DNA from: an uncultured Pseudomonadales bacterium
GTDB taxonomy: Bacteria; Patescibacteriota; Microgenomatia; UBA1400; PJMF01
Direction of reading: 5' to 3'
NCBI GenBank assembly: GCA_964583795.1
Contig: CAZOWX010000001.1
Span: forward strand, 30,569 to 94,568
Length of the DNA stretch: 64,000 bases
Under the pieces are notes generated by a model that was given only the letters and a program-made list of their open reading frames with translations, was not told where the DNA came from and made no database searches. Both the position numbers and the translations under genes were made by a program. Positions 39,994 to 50,767 of the stretch are shown here, in pieces; position 1 is the stretch's first letter, and each line of letters opens with the position of its first letter.

Positions 39994-41528
39994 TGAAAAG
40001 AATGATCGCTGCCCATTTTTTTTCGTCCAAAAAACTTCTAGTCGTTATTTGGTTTTTAGCAATTGCGCTTCGCATGCAAAATTTTTTGCTCCCGCCAATT
40101 GATGCTCACCCAATGCGCCAAACAGATACCGAAAGTGTGGCGTACTATTTTGCAACAGTTGATTATAGTCCACTTCGTCCACAAGCAAGTCTGATCCGCC
40201 CGCAAACAAATATTCATGGCTATTTTTTTCTTGAATTTCCAGCGTATGAGTACCTCATTGGGACCATGTATTGGATCTTTGGCACATCATATATCGTTGC
40301 TAGATTGATAAACGTACTGCTCTTTTCAGTGAGTTTTGCATTGTTATTCAAAACTATTGAGAAGTTATTCTCAGAAAAACTGGCAATCTGGACAGTGTTG
40401 CTATTTAGCTTCACTCCTTCATCAGTTTTCTTTTGGGGACATGCCATTCATCCTGACATCTTCGCCATTACCACTGTTGTAAGCTCACTGTATGTATTAC
40501 AAAGCAACAAAAGAAATTTATTCACCCTCTCTGTGGCAGGAGTACTTTTTGCACTTTCAGTAGGAACACGCCCATTTATTCTCATGGCGTTACCAAGCCT
40601 GCTAAGCGTCCTCTTCTTTAAAAAAGCGAAGTGGTGGGAGTATCTGGTTTTCAGTGTCCTTTCAGTCAGTATCTACGGGTTTTGGAGCTGGTGGCAACAG
40701 CTTTCCCCTGAGGCAGATGCAGCATGGCAACAATGGACTCTTCAGGGTAGAGAAGCGCTCTTCTCCTTCGCAGGCTGGAAACATCTCATTTGGCGCAATA
40801 CCAGTGGTGAAGTCTTGGGCAGAGTCGCTACAGTGTTGGCAGCAGTGGGCTTGGGAAGTTTACTGATCAAATCACGATCCGTGTTTCAACTGTTCAAGCA
40901 ATTTTCACTCCAAAAAATTATCAAACTTGTAGCAACTGTCGATACGATTTCTGCAGATACACGCTTACTTGTGTTTTGTGTCCTTTGGTTGTTGGCTGTA
41001 CCGATGTATTGGTACATTGCACCAGCCGGAAATGCAGCCCATCAATACTACGCCAATGTATTTCTCTTGCCATTGATGCTCCTCGCAGCACAAGGCTGTT
41101 TCTTTTTGAGCCATCGTAGACACAACGCACCTTGGCACTTTGGGATGAGCTTGGTCTTAGTACTTGCACTTATCTACAACACTGTTCGAACAAGCGCCTA
41201 CTTTTTTCACAATCTTGTTCCAGCACATCATCTTGATATCGCACAGGAGATTGAAATGGTCATTCCAAAAGGCCAAAAAATTGTGTATTTGGCAGTCAAT
41301 AACTCGGTGCCATTCTCGCTGGCACATCGTCAAGGTTGGATGCTTGGAGGCGCACCAACTGACGTTAATAACACTGCAACAGACGTCCTGGCTATGAAAC
41401 AGTATGGGGCGCAATACGCGGTTTTCGCGTTTGACAATAACGATTTTCCAAAAGAAGAACAAAAACTTTTGGAGCAGCAATCGGAAGTCATTTATCGATC
41501 GAAGGTTCTCACTGTGTTTAAACTCTAA
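39993..41528 (+). CDS. GT-C membrane glycosyltransferase (ArnT-like, RQTDT subtype)
   Basis: H..RQTDT, LEFP.Y, ARL, HQYY; polytopic. Confidence 0.8.
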   Translation: MKRMIAAHFFSSKKLLVVIWFLAIALRMQNFLLPPIDAHPMRQTDTESVAYYFATVDYSPLRPQASLIRPQTNIHGYFFLEFPAYEYLIGTMYWIFGTSYIVARLINVLLFSVSFALLFKTIEKLFSEKLAIWTVLLFSFTPSSVFFWGHAIHPDIFAITTVVSSLYVLQSNKRNLFTLSVAGVLFALSVGTRPFILMALPSLLSVLFFKKAKWWEYLVFSVLSVSIYGFWSWWQQLSPEADAAWQQWTLQGREALFSFAGWKHLIWRNTSGEVLGRVATVLAAVGLGSLLIKSRSVFQLFKQFSLQKIIKLVATVDTISADTRLLVFCVLWLLAVPMYWYIAPAGNAAHQYYANVFLLPLMLLAAQGCFFLSHRRHNAPWHFGMSLVLVLALIYNTVRTSAYFFHNLVPAHHLDIAQEIEMVIPKGQKIVYLAVNNSVPFSLAHRQGWMLGGAPTDVNNTATDVLAMKQYGAQYAVFAFDNNDFPKEEQKLLEQQSEVIYRSKVLTVFKL

Positions 41529-41529
41529 A

Positions 41530-42831
41530 TCACATTTCTGTTTTCATCAAAGCTTCAATTTCTTTCCTTTTTTGCTCAAAACCTTGTCTACCCAACAGTG
41601 CATACATCATTTGTTTGCCTTCTTCTACACCAGGCTGATTAAAAGCGTCCACACCCAACATCTGAGCCAAGTATACAACTGCTAACTCAAATACCATAAA
41701 TAACTCTCCCAATCCAGCGGCATTCAGTTTATCTACTGTGAGCGTTGCTGATGGCCTACCAAGTTTGCGCAAAGCCAGTGCAGTCGCATGTTGCTCAGCG
41801 TTTAAAATTTCATGAAATGAATGTCCTTTGAGATATGCCACAGACTCAAGATCAACCTGATCGAGAGTATAGTCATCCTGTCGTTGTTCTACACGTAAAA
41901 ATAGTAATGAATAAAACAAAGCTCCTTGTGTGTAAAACTGAACTTGTGAATGCTGATCCGCCGGTCCATGGGCTTGAATGGGCAAGATTCCTTTTTGCTC
42001 CTTTCCCAAAGACTCCCCCCAAAGCTGGCGATACCAACGCCCAAACTCATCAAGTGCTACACTGTAGGGCATGATAATACTGACGGCTACATTCTGTTGA
42101 TAGAGAAAAAACTGATCGGTGGCTATTTGCTTTGCAATGTTTGAGTACTGTTTTACAGATTCTTTCGCTCCAGAGACTAACTGATGAATATCTACTCCCA
42201 TACCAACAGCCGGAAATAGTCCAACCGTTGTTAACACTGAAAATCTTCCACCAACATCGTCTGGAATTGGTAGGGTAGTAACACCATGAGTATCCGCTTC
42301 TTCACGTAAGATACCCCTTTTGGCATCGGTAATGAATACAAAGTGATCTGCCCAATCGTCAGTTTGTTGCTTCATCACTGCCTTAAAAAAAACATACTGA
42401 GAGATTGTTTCGATCGTCTCACCAGATTTCGAAATAATACAAAAGATTGTTTCTTCCAAATCGATCTGTTTGAGTAATCGAGTTATGGCTGTTGGGTCAG
42501 TAGAGTCACCATGAAACAAAACATCCATCGCCACTTGATCTTGTTCAAGTGCTTGTTGAATGGCTCTCGCTCCCAAATCAGAGCCGCCAATACCGACAAC
42601 GACTAACGTTTTTGCATATCGAATTCCTTGAAAGGTTTTCTCAATCGTTTTGAGCAACTGTGAATCTGACAAAATATTGATAAAACCATATTTTTTTTGA
42701 GCAAGCTGCTCATCTACTGCAACAATCGCCTGATTGACTTGATTTTGAAACTTTTTGACTGTTTCAGAACGAATCCCGTGTTCTACGGCATTTGATTGAT
42801 AGAGAAAAGTGGAACTGTATTGTAAACTCAT
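41530..42831 (-). CDS. pgi: Glucose-6-phosphate isomerase
   Basis: GIGGSDLG, ISKSGETIET, VGGRFSV, QLWGESLGK, DQHSQ, AFNQPGVEEGK. Confidence 0.95.
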   Translation of the reverse strand: MSLQYSSTFLYQSNAVEHGIRSETVKKFQNQVNQAIVAVDEQLAQKKYGFINILSDSQLLKTIEKTFQGIRYAKTLVVVGIGGSDLGARAIQQALEQDQVAMDVLFHGDSTDPTAITRLLKQIDLEETIFCIISKSGETIETISQYVFFKAVMKQQTDDWADHFVFITDAKRGILREEADTHGVTTLPIPDDVGGRFSVLTTVGLFPAVGMGVDIHQLVSGAKESVKQYSNIAKQIATDQFFLYQQNVAVSIIMPYSVALDEFGRWYRQLWGESLGKEQKGILPIQAHGPADQHSQVQFYTQGALFYSLLFLRVEQRQDDYTLDQVDLESVAYLKGHSFHEILNAEQHATALALRKLGRPSATLTVDKLNAAGLGELFMVFELAVVYLAQMLGVDAFNQPGVEEGKQMMYALLGRQGFEQKRKEIEALMKTEM

Positions 42832-42897
42832 TCACCGATGATGCCACACAAGCTCTGTAAAGACAAGTCACATGAGAAGCCAATTCAGCAGTCGAAG

Positions 42898-43830
42898 CTA
42901 ATCCATCGCCTGGAGTGCCAACTGTAGCGCTCCATAAACTGGAGGATTTTGAGGAATAACAAAACGCACTTTTGGATAGTTTGCTTGCACTCGCAGCTCC
43001 AATTGGGAATGAATAAATGGATCGGTGGCAATACCTCCAACTAAAACAACATCGGTTGTGATATTAGTAAGATCGAGTCGTCTCAGAACCGTCAGCACCA
43101 TTTCCATCAAATCCTCAATTGCTGCTCGAATAATCTCGTTTGCTGTCGCGTCATGTTCGTCCTTGGCTTCAAAACAAATGTGTGCCAACTCACCAATTTT
43201 AGTTTTGTTCAATATTGGGTGATACACTTTATTTTTTAGCTGTTCAATTGAGCTAATCTCAAAATGAGCACATACTAATTTCTCAATAACTGATTTTTTT
43301 GAACGCCCGTCGTAACTTTTGACGGCTGCCCGTAAAACCTGTTGACCAATGTCAAAACCACTGCCTTGGTCGGAGAGCAAGTAATCCATGCCTCCTGCTT
43401 TCACCCTCAAACCAGATTCATTTTGACCAAAACAATTCGAACCAGTTCCAGAGATGAGACAGATCGCATTTTTTGCCTGTGTACCACTTGCGAGGGCGAT
43501 AATCGTGTCATTGACTAGCTCAAAGTGAGTAACACCATACAACTGCTTCAACTCGCTAGAGAATAGTTCTATTGCTAGCTGTAGCTCTTCTTTGGTATCA
43601 ACACCGGCCAAGCCAATGACAACATTGGAAAATGTTAAAATATTCAAACCCTCTGACGCCTGCTTCACCGCATCAAGAAAATGTTCGGTGGCATGTTTTT
43701 GTGAGGTAGCAGCTAAACTCATTGGTCCAGTTGTAGCTTTGCCTACAACTTTTCCACTTTGATCAGCTACCCAGGCAGTTGTCTTTGTTCCACCTCCATC
43801 AACAGCCAGAATGAAATGTTGTTTAGTCAT
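42898..43830 (-). CDS. BadF/BadG/BcrA/BcrD-family sugar kinase (GlcNAc kinase/glucokinase-like)
   Basis: VDGGGTKT, GLAG, VND, ISGTGS, GG...SDQGSGF.IG, LVGG. Confidence 0.88.
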   Translation of the reverse strand: MTKQHFILAVDGGGTKTTAWVADQSGKVVGKATTGPMSLAATSQKHATEHFLDAVKQASEGLNILTFSNVVIGLAGVDTKEELQLAIELFSSELKQLYGVTHFELVNDTIIALASGTQAKNAICLISGTGSNCFGQNESGLRVKAGGMDYLLSDQGSGFDIGQQVLRAAVKSYDGRSKKSVIEKLVCAHFEISSIEQLKNKVYHPILNKTKIGELAHICFEAKDEHDATANEIIRAAIEDLMEMVLTVLRRLDLTNITTDVVLVGGIATDPFIHSQLELRVQANYPKVRFVIPQNPPVYGALQLALQAMD

Positions 43831-44158
43831 GATGCAAAGTATACAACTCCCTGCTTAGAAAAAAAGATAAAACTGTGCGAATCACCACGATCAGCGCTAA
43901 ACGAATCAATTCATCAATTGTTGGTTTCAGAATGGTGCTCATCGCATCAGCGACAATAAAAAACTCAAGACTAAAAACAATCTTCTGAGCAAAAGCTAGT
44001 CTTGCCTTTTCTATCTTTTTCATCATGTTCGTATCCACCTTCCATGGTTGATACGAGAAATAATAATAGGCGGCAGAAACACCACCAACTAAAAGAGCTA
44101 AGTAACCAAGTAAGTCAAAAAATATTTGTGACGCATCAACGAAAAGTGTCATTGTCAT
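43823..44158 (-). CDS. DUF1622-like small membrane protein
   Basis: R......LEF.I.AD...TI..PT..EL..LA.IV.IRT.LSFFL.RE. Confidence 0.75.
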   Translation of the reverse strand: MTMTLFVDASQIFFDLLGYLALLVGGVSAAYYYFSYQPWKVDTNMMKKIEKARLAFAQKIVFSLEFFIVADAMSTILKPTIDELIRLALIVVIRTVLSFFLSRELYTLHHD

Positions 44159-44248
44159 ATTGATTTCTCTCTAGAGCTAATCGATTTCACCAATTGTCTT
44201 TTTTTGAACAGCAGGTCATTGCTGTATAAGTACTCAACGCTCTTTTGT

Positions 44249-46246
44249 TTAGTACTCAGTTGGTTGTTCGTGTAGCAAACCAATCTCTTTAAGTTTGGCA
44301 ACATACATCAAAACTGTTTCGACGAATACACTGTGACTCCAAACCAACGGCGTTGCGGAAAGCGAAGCTCCAGTTAAAGGGTGAATTTGCTCAGCCAGCA
44401 CACCGGAAGAGAACTGATATTTTTCTACCCAGTCAAATATGGATCGCACATACTCGATATCTCGGTCACTCAAAACAGGTCGGTGCAAAATACGCTGCGC
44501 TTCCCACATAGTAATAATGAACCAAGAGTTTGAAAACTGGGTTGACTTGAAGTAGTTATCATGTTCATACCGAATATACCCTCCCAACTCACTTGGGTTC
44601 TTCAAACGTTTTTGCACTGCAGCCTCAGTCGATAAAAATAACGGATCATCGTGCTTCAACATCTCAAAGTACCACAGCCCAAACAGCGAGCTCGCATCCA
44701 CTACCTCAAAACGATCAACTTGACCATCTTGAACATAGGCGTAACGAATAAACGAGTTCAGATCAGGACTATACAGATGTTCTATAGCAGCGCGCTTAAT
44801 CTTTGCTGCAGCATCACGATACAACCTCAGATGATTACGCTTTCCCAACAACTGCGCAAAGTTCGCAGCTGCCATCAGGCCACCATATACGCATGCACAA
44901 GTATAAGTCGATACACCAATCTTTTCTTCCCACAAATCATATGAATGTAACGGAAGTCCCAATTTTTCATCACGAAAACTTACCAGGAAATTCGCAATTT
45001 TTTCAGTGAGTGGTTTAAACAACATCTCAATGAACTCGATATCCTTAGTCAGTTCATAGTGCTTCCACAACGCAAAGATAACCGCGGCACTTTCGTCTTC
45101 CTGAATGGGAAGCTGCAAGATTTTATTTTTTAACCAATCATTTTGAGCAATACTAGAGTGCCAAGTTGAACCCAAACTTTCATCCGGGCGAAATCGGTGA
45201 TGTAAGTAGCCGTCTTCATGAAGCACATTTTTACAAAATAAGAAAAATGGCTTGGTAACCTCTGTGTACCCTGCTTTGTCCAGTGTCATCGTAATAAATG
45301 CCGCGTCACGTGGCCAAACATACGAGTAATCATCTTTGCCATACTCAATCATGTTTGAATCTGCAGAAGCAATAATGCCTCCTCGATTATCCACATGTGA
45401 ACGCAACACAAATAAAGAAGTGTCAAACAAACGCTTCTTACTATCAGAAAGAATCCCTTTCGGCAGTGGTCGCTTATTTAACCAAGCGTTCCAGTACAAC
45501 TGGGTTGAATGCAACATACCATCCGGGGTCTTTTTCAAGACCAGTGAGTTTAGGGCATACGCATCATTTAAGCTCTTTCCTGCACAAATCCAGTAGTAAA
45601 TTGTCGTTTTTTGATCATTTTCGCAACTGGTACAAAACCGAATGACGCTATCAACCGATCCATGTTCTACCGCATTTTTACTCAGCATTCCATCTTCCGC
45701 ATCCCTGTATGAACCTTCTTTCCCTTCAAACTGAAATGAACCAACTGTGTATTGATCAATGGCGTTTCCAGACTCAGTCACCCCGTTGATGATAAATACG
45801 CGACGCCCTTTGTAGTGAACGATGGCATTATGTGTCGGATCATAAAATCCAGTGTTACGTTTGTTTCCTTCATCGATAATAAACTCTTGGCCAAAAAATA
45901 TTTTGATATCCAGTTGTTTTTTTGTGTGATTGTAGATATCGACTCTGCGCAAAAAAATATTTGCTTCGTTATATACTAAGTCATCAGTAACAATACTCAC
46001 TTGTAATTTCTCATTGCGAGCAATCATTTGGCTCACCATGGATTCTTTTTTATACCCTATCTTAATCTTCCAAGACGGATCATGAAGCCAAGAAAAAACA
46101 CCATCGACCATCACACCGATCCGATGTTTGTAGCCCGCTACATGATTCGCTAATCCCACATAGGGATAATAAAGATCGCGAACATATCCGGTTTCATCCA
46201 GACAAACCATCATATTCCCGTTGGATAAAACTGTCGCTCTGGCCAT
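44249..46246 (-). CDS. GH15 glucoamylase-like glycoside hydrolase
   Basis: YSYVWPRD, QEDE, DLWEE, LAEQ, PLVWSH. Confidence 0.92.
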   Translation of the reverse strand: MARATVLSNGNMMVCLDETGYVRDLYYPYVGLANHVAGYKHRIGVMVDGVFSWLHDPSWKIKIGYKKESMVSQMIARNEKLQVSIVTDDLVYNEANIFLRRVDIYNHTKKQLDIKIFFGQEFIIDEGNKRNTGFYDPTHNAIVHYKGRRVFIINGVTESGNAIDQYTVGSFQFEGKEGSYRDAEDGMLSKNAVEHGSVDSVIRFCTSCENDQKTTIYYWICAGKSLNDAYALNSLVLKKTPDGMLHSTQLYWNAWLNKRPLPKGILSDSKKRLFDTSLFVLRSHVDNRGGIIASADSNMIEYGKDDYSYVWPRDAAFITMTLDKAGYTEVTKPFFLFCKNVLHEDGYLHHRFRPDESLGSTWHSSIAQNDWLKNKILQLPIQEDESAAVIFALWKHYELTKDIEFIEMLFKPLTEKIANFLVSFRDEKLGLPLHSYDLWEEKIGVSTYTCACVYGGLMAAANFAQLLGKRNHLRLYRDAAAKIKRAAIEHLYSPDLNSFIRYAYVQDGQVDRFEVVDASSLFGLWYFEMLKHDDPLFLSTEAAVQKRLKNPSELGGYIRYEHDNYFKSTQFSNSWFIITMWEAQRILHRPVLSDRDIEYVRSIFDWVEKYQFSSGVLAEQIHPLTGASLSATPLVWSHSVFVETVLMYVAKLKEIGLLHEQPTEY

Positions 46247-46252
46247 AGATCG

Positions 46253-47539
46253 TTATCCTTTCAGTGCAAAAGTTGTGTTTGCACTACTCATTGTAGCTGA
46301 AGAACGTGCAATTCGCCTATGCTGAAGTGTATTTTTTGTACCCTTCTGATGTTCAGTCAAGCGAGAGTGAATGTCTGCTAAAACGGTCGTATAGCGAACA
46401 TACGCATCCATCGGATTTTGATAGGGACTAAAATAGGCATGAACATCTCCATCAGCTGACCATTTAATACACATATAATAAAAATGATCACTCGTTTGCA
46501 ATTTTCTCCAATCCTCAATCAGCCGCACATCATTGGTTTCCTTGACTTGTTCTTCAAGTTCGTAAATTAAGCGCAGTGTGTCGTACTGCAAATCATTGTC
46601 TCTCCATGCGGACAGATCACGATCAATATCTGCCCAAGAAATGGGTTCTGGTACCTTGTAAAAGGGCAATTGTTGTACGTGCACAGAACGCATTGCTTGT
46701 GAGGGGGTCACAAAACGATTCCAAGAGTACTGCTGCAATTTTTCAACAACGTATTCAAAAAAAGAAAAAATACCGGTATCGCTCCATTGATGCTCGCCGA
46801 ACGTTTCAAAATCCATAAACAGGTTGATAAACTCGTTTTCTTGGTACTGATTAAGCCAGTGAACATAGGTGTCAGCGTTCAGCGGGTAGCGTTCCCAATT
46901 ACGATCTGAAAATCGAAAAGCAATATCATCTGATAATTGCGCATGCTTGAGCATCAGTGGAATTCTATGCTTGGTATAACTGGAAAATAATTGAGTTCTG
47001 GTCTGTCCATCCAAATACCGATCCACTGCTTCGGTCAGCATTCCTTGAAATCCTAACTCTGCAACATAGGAACCAATTAAGTCAGAATAAATAAGCTCTG
47101 TATTGCGAAAGGTTGTGGGAACAATAGAGAATACCTCTCGCATCTTTTGAGTGTGTGTTGCAACTTGATCGAAAAATTCGTGTTTTGAGTATAAAGAAGA
47201 AAGTGAGTGGTAATAGGTTTCAGCAAGTACTTCTACTTGGCCAGTAGCCACAAGTTGTTGCAAAAGCGTAACTAACTTGGGAGCAAACTGTTCTGCTTGT
47301 TCCAAAAAGATTCCCGAACATGAAAGCGACCAAACAAACTGCGGAAATCGTTTGGTTAAGTGTTGCAATACTCTGAGCATTGGAAAATATGACTTTTCAG
47401 CAACTTTGAGAAAAACCTGGCGATTTTGGTCATCAGCATCTTTTCCGAAATACTCATGGTTTCGACCAATATCAAACACAGTGTACTCGTTAAGCCGAAA
47501 TGGTTGATGCAGTTCAAAATAAAAAGCGACTTTTGGCAT
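46253..47539 (-). CDS. GH57 alpha-amylase-like glycoside hydrolase
   Basis: ELHQP, ETYYHS, FRNTELIY, FMDFETFGEH, SDHFYYM. Confidence 0.92.
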   Translation of the reverse strand: MPKVAFYFELHQPFRLNEYTVFDIGRNHEYFGKDADDQNRQVFLKVAEKSYFPMLRVLQHLTKRFPQFVWSLSCSGIFLEQAEQFAPKLVTLLQQLVATGQVEVLAETYYHSLSSLYSKHEFFDQVATHTQKMREVFSIVPTTFRNTELIYSDLIGSYVAELGFQGMLTEAVDRYLDGQTRTQLFSSYTKHRIPLMLKHAQLSDDIAFRFSDRNWERYPLNADTYVHWLNQYQENEFINLFMDFETFGEHQWSDTGIFSFFEYVVEKLQQYSWNRFVTPSQAMRSVHVQQLPFYKVPEPISWADIDRDLSAWRDNDLQYDTLRLIYELEEQVKETNDVRLIEDWRKLQTSDHFYYMCIKWSADGDVHAYFSPYQNPMDAYVRYTTVLADIHSRLTEHQKGTKNTLQHRRIARSSATMSSANTTFALKG

Positions 47540-47646
47540 ACTCGACTTTCAGTTCGCAAGTACAACTTGCGCTCTCGATTTGAATGTCTCTACTTACTCA
47601 CAGTGAAAATTTCAATACTCGCGTACGCAACTGTTCAAAAAAGGCT

Positions 47647-48879
47647 TTAAAAATTTCGATGGCTCTGCAATATTCGTTGGTACACCTGTTTCACTTTTTC
47701 TGCGGACTGTTTCCAGGTAATTTGACCCAAGCTTTGTAACTGTTGATCCACAATGCGTTCATAGTAGTTCGGGTCTTGAAGCAGTTTTTCAATATATTGT
47801 GTCATCAAATCAGTATCCCAAAAATCAGCAACAATTGCACCAGGGAGGACTTCCCGTACACCAGAGCTTTTCGAGATGATCACAGGAGTTTCGCGTTGCA
47901 CTGCCTCGAGAGCGACTAGACCAAATGGTTCTGACACTGATGGCATCACAAAAATATCAGCACGATCAAGCAAAAAATCTTTTTGTTGGTCACGCAAAAA
48001 GCCGGCAAAGATAACTGACGAGGATAAATGTTGTTTGGCATTTTCCAGCAAAAGCATGCTGTACTGATCACCATGCCCAGCAACGACAAAGAGAGCATTG
48101 GGTATTCTAGCGAGCACTTTTTTTGCTAGTTCGAGAAAATACTGCGCTCCCTTTTGCATTGTCAGGCGCCCCATAAACACGATGATCGGTCTACCTTGAG
48201 CAAACTGTACGGTTTGAATCTTAGGGGCTGCATCGATTCCATTGTGAACCACGTCAATTTTATCGGGATCAACGTCGTAGCGATCAACCAAGACTTGTTT
48301 AGTAAACTCACTTACCGCTATTACTCGATCAGCGTCTTGTAATCCTTCGTACTCAACATGTGCGATAAATGGATTTCCATTACCAGACGGCACACGATCA
48401 AACTCTGTCGAATGCACATGAGCGACAAAAGGTAGATTTAATTGCTTTTTTAGATGCTTGGCGGCTGGATACGTCATCCAGTCGTGAGCATGAATAATGT
48501 CGGTCTGAACGTGATTTGATTGTACGGCACTTAAAATTGCATGAGCATACTCATTGACTCGATACTCAAGTTCTGAAAAACTGAGCATCTTCACATTTTT
48601 GGGATCAAAATCAATGTCACTTGCTCGACTCTCATTTCTTGTCTGGTAGGCAGAAAATGGTGGTTTTGAATGGTCAATTGCGTATGTCTGAATTTTACTA
48701 ACACAAGAAATCACATGCATGTGATTAATGTCAGAGGGAAATCGATAGGGTAGTGTAAAGTAAATCTCGGTACCGTCTTTTGAAAGAGCTTGTGTCAAGC
48801 CTTCACACGCCACACCCAACCCACCACTATTGTGCGGTGGATATTCCCATCCAAGCATAAGCACCTGATCATTCACCAT
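47647..48879 (-). CDS. GT4 glycosyltransferase, alpha-glucan/glycogen synthase-like
   Basis: GWEYPP..SGGLG, HAHDWMT, HVHSTEFDR, PSVSEPFGLVALEA; clustered with GH57 and GH15. Confidence 0.85.
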   Translation of the reverse strand: MVNDQVLMLGWEYPPHNSGGLGVACEGLTQALSKDGTEIYFTLPYRFPSDINHMHVISCVSKIQTYAIDHSKPPFSAYQTRNESRASDIDFDPKNVKMLSFSELEYRVNEYAHAILSAVQSNHVQTDIIHAHDWMTYPAAKHLKKQLNLPFVAHVHSTEFDRVPSGNGNPFIAHVEYEGLQDADRVIAVSEFTKQVLVDRYDVDPDKIDVVHNGIDAAPKIQTVQFAQGRPIIVFMGRLTMQKGAQYFLELAKKVLARIPNALFVVAGHGDQYSMLLLENAKQHLSSSVIFAGFLRDQQKDFLLDRADIFVMPSVSEPFGLVALEAVQRETPVIISKSSGVREVLPGAIVADFWDTDLMTQYIEKLLQDPNYYERIVDQQLQSLGQITWKQSAEKVKQVYQRILQSHRNF

Positions 48880-49047
48880 ATCAATACCAATAGATACATT
48901 CACAGCGACAAAACTATCTGCCGTTATTTAGTATAAACTCGATTTTCAATCTACTACAATAGGAAGAACCGGATTTGTCTTTGATGAAATGAGTTTTCTA
49001 CAATAGAATGAAGGTATTATTTTTATCACAGCTTTCTTGACAGAGGT

Positions 49048-49470
49048 ATGAAAAAATTTTTTAGAAAAATTTCCACCCATACTTCATTACTTGTCGGAGG
49101 CCCATATTCGTTTAGTTTAGCAGTACTCATTATTGTTGTCTGGTGGTTCACTGGACCCGTCTTTGATTTTTCAGATACTTGGCAACTAATGATTAATACT
49201 GGCACTACAATTGTCACCTTTCTGATGGTGTTTTTAATCCAAAATACACAAAATCGCGATACCAAAGCCATTCAAATTAAGCTCGATGAGTTACTCAGAG
49301 CAGTAAAAGGAGCCAGAAACACATTGGTCGATATTGAAGATGTCGATGACGCTCAACTTGATGAATTGCAGATGGAATTTAAAGCTCTGAGAGAACATTA
49401 TGAGCTGCGTTTGAAAAAAATAGAAGAGATGAGACTGGCTCAAAATTTGAAGAAGCATAATATTGGGTAA
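49048..49470 (+). CDS. Low-affinity iron permease (Fet4-like) family protein
   Basis: GP.F.FSDTWQL.INTGTTIVTFLMVFLIQNTQNRD..AIQIKLDEL. GAGGT RBS. Confidence 0.88.
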   Translation: MKKFFRKISTHTSLLVGGPYSFSLAVLIIVVWWFTGPVFDFSDTWQLMINTGTTIVTFLMVFLIQNTQNRDTKAIQIKLDELLRAVKGARNTLVDIEDVDDAQLDELQMEFKALREHYELRLKKIEEMRLAQNLKKHNIG

Positions 49471-49520
49471 TTTTTGTGTTCATTTATTTTTCGAAGAACT
49501 TGATACAATAGAGCCTTTAA

Positions 49521-49536
49521 ATCAAGTTAACTTGAT
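49521..49536. promoter_or_regulatory. Perfect 16-bp palindrome (candidate operator) downstream of an extended -10
   Basis: ATCAAGTTAACTTGAT, between TGATACAAT (49501-49509) and ATG 49550. Confidence 0.45.
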
Positions 49537-49549
49537 CAGAGCCACAACT

Positions 49550-50767
49550 ATGAAAATTTTAATGCTTACTCCGTATCTGCCATATCCTTTGCTTTCTGGA
49601 GGACAAATCAGAACATACAACTTGCTCAAAAAGCTTGCTCTTCAGCATCAAGTAACGCTGTTCGCACTGATTAAGGAAGAAAGTGAACGGCAATTTATAC
49701 CTGAACTGGAAAAGTACTGCCAAAAAGTACGTGTATTCAAGCGTTCCAACAAACCATTTACTCTTCGAAACATCTTCAAAACCGGCTTTTCTCCCTACCC
49801 ATTTTTAGTTATTCGAAACTTAACTGATGAAACCAAGCAAGCGGTAGTACAAGAGCTAAAAGAAGAAACGTATGACCTCATTCATGCTGAAACGTTTTAC
49901 ATGATGCCCAATATCCCACGTACTCAGATTCCGATTTTATTAGTCGAACAGACAATCGAGTATCTTGGATACGAAAGCTTTGCCGGCACAACGCGATTTT
50001 TCTTTCTTCGACCACTCTTAAAAATTGACATTGCTAAAATCAGGCGATGGGAAGAGCACTATTGGCATAGCTGTACCAAGTTAATAACGATGAGTGATGA
50101 AGACCGGGAGTTTATTAATCAAACTTTACATGATCCAAACAAGATTGAAGTCGTTTCAAATGGAGTTGATACTCAGTGGTTTGCTCAAAAGAAAAAAAAG
50201 TTGCCGAAAGATCCAACAATTTTATCTGTAGGCACCTTTAACTGGCTACCCAATGTCGAAGCAGTCAAGTTTTTAGTCAATAATATTTGGCCAATCGTCA
50301 AAACCGCTTTACCTTCAGCGAAGTTATGGATCGTAGGCAACGCACCAACACGAGAAGTGTTCGCCTTTCAACAAAAAGATTCTTCCATTACAGTCACCGG
50401 AGGCATTCCTGATATCCGCGACGCGTTTTCAGGTGCGCATGTTTTACTTGCACCGGTGTTTAGCGGAAAGGGGACACGGTACAAAATTCTTGAGGCAATG
50501 GCTTCGCGCACACCGATCGTGGCAACACCAACGGCAGTTGAAGGACTCAGAGTAGAAAACGGAAAACACGTCTTAGTTGGTAAAAATGCAAAGGAGCTGG
50601 CAAGCTTAACATTGCGATTACTCAGTGACGAGAAGCTCCAACAAACGTTGGCTTCAAATGGGAAACAGTTTGTCGACCAAAATTTTGATTGGCTACAAAT
50701 TTCCCAAAAGCTCGATAAAATTTACCGGGCATTAGGAAAAGAGGTCCATGAGAAAACGACACGTTGA
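49550..50767 (+). CDS. GT4 glycosyltransferase
   Basis: PY.PYP..SGG.IR.YN, NGVD, W.PN, G.GTR.KILEAMA. Confidence 0.9.
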   Translation: MKILMLTPYLPYPLLSGGQIRTYNLLKKLALQHQVTLFALIKEESERQFIPELEKYCQKVRVFKRSNKPFTLRNIFKTGFSPYPFLVIRNLTDETKQAVVQELKEETYDLIHAETFYMMPNIPRTQIPILLVEQTIEYLGYESFAGTTRFFFLRPLLKIDIAKIRRWEEHYWHSCTKLITMSDEDREFINQTLHDPNKIEVVSNGVDTQWFAQKKKKLPKDPTILSVGTFNWLPNVEAVKFLVNNIWPIVKTALPSAKLWIVGNAPTREVFAFQQKDSSITVTGGIPDIRDAFSGAHVLLAPVFSGKGTRYKILEAMASRTPIVATPTAVEGLRVENGKHVLVGKNAKELASLTLRLLSDEKLQQTLASNGKQFVDQNFDWLQISQKLDKIYRALGKEVHEKTTR

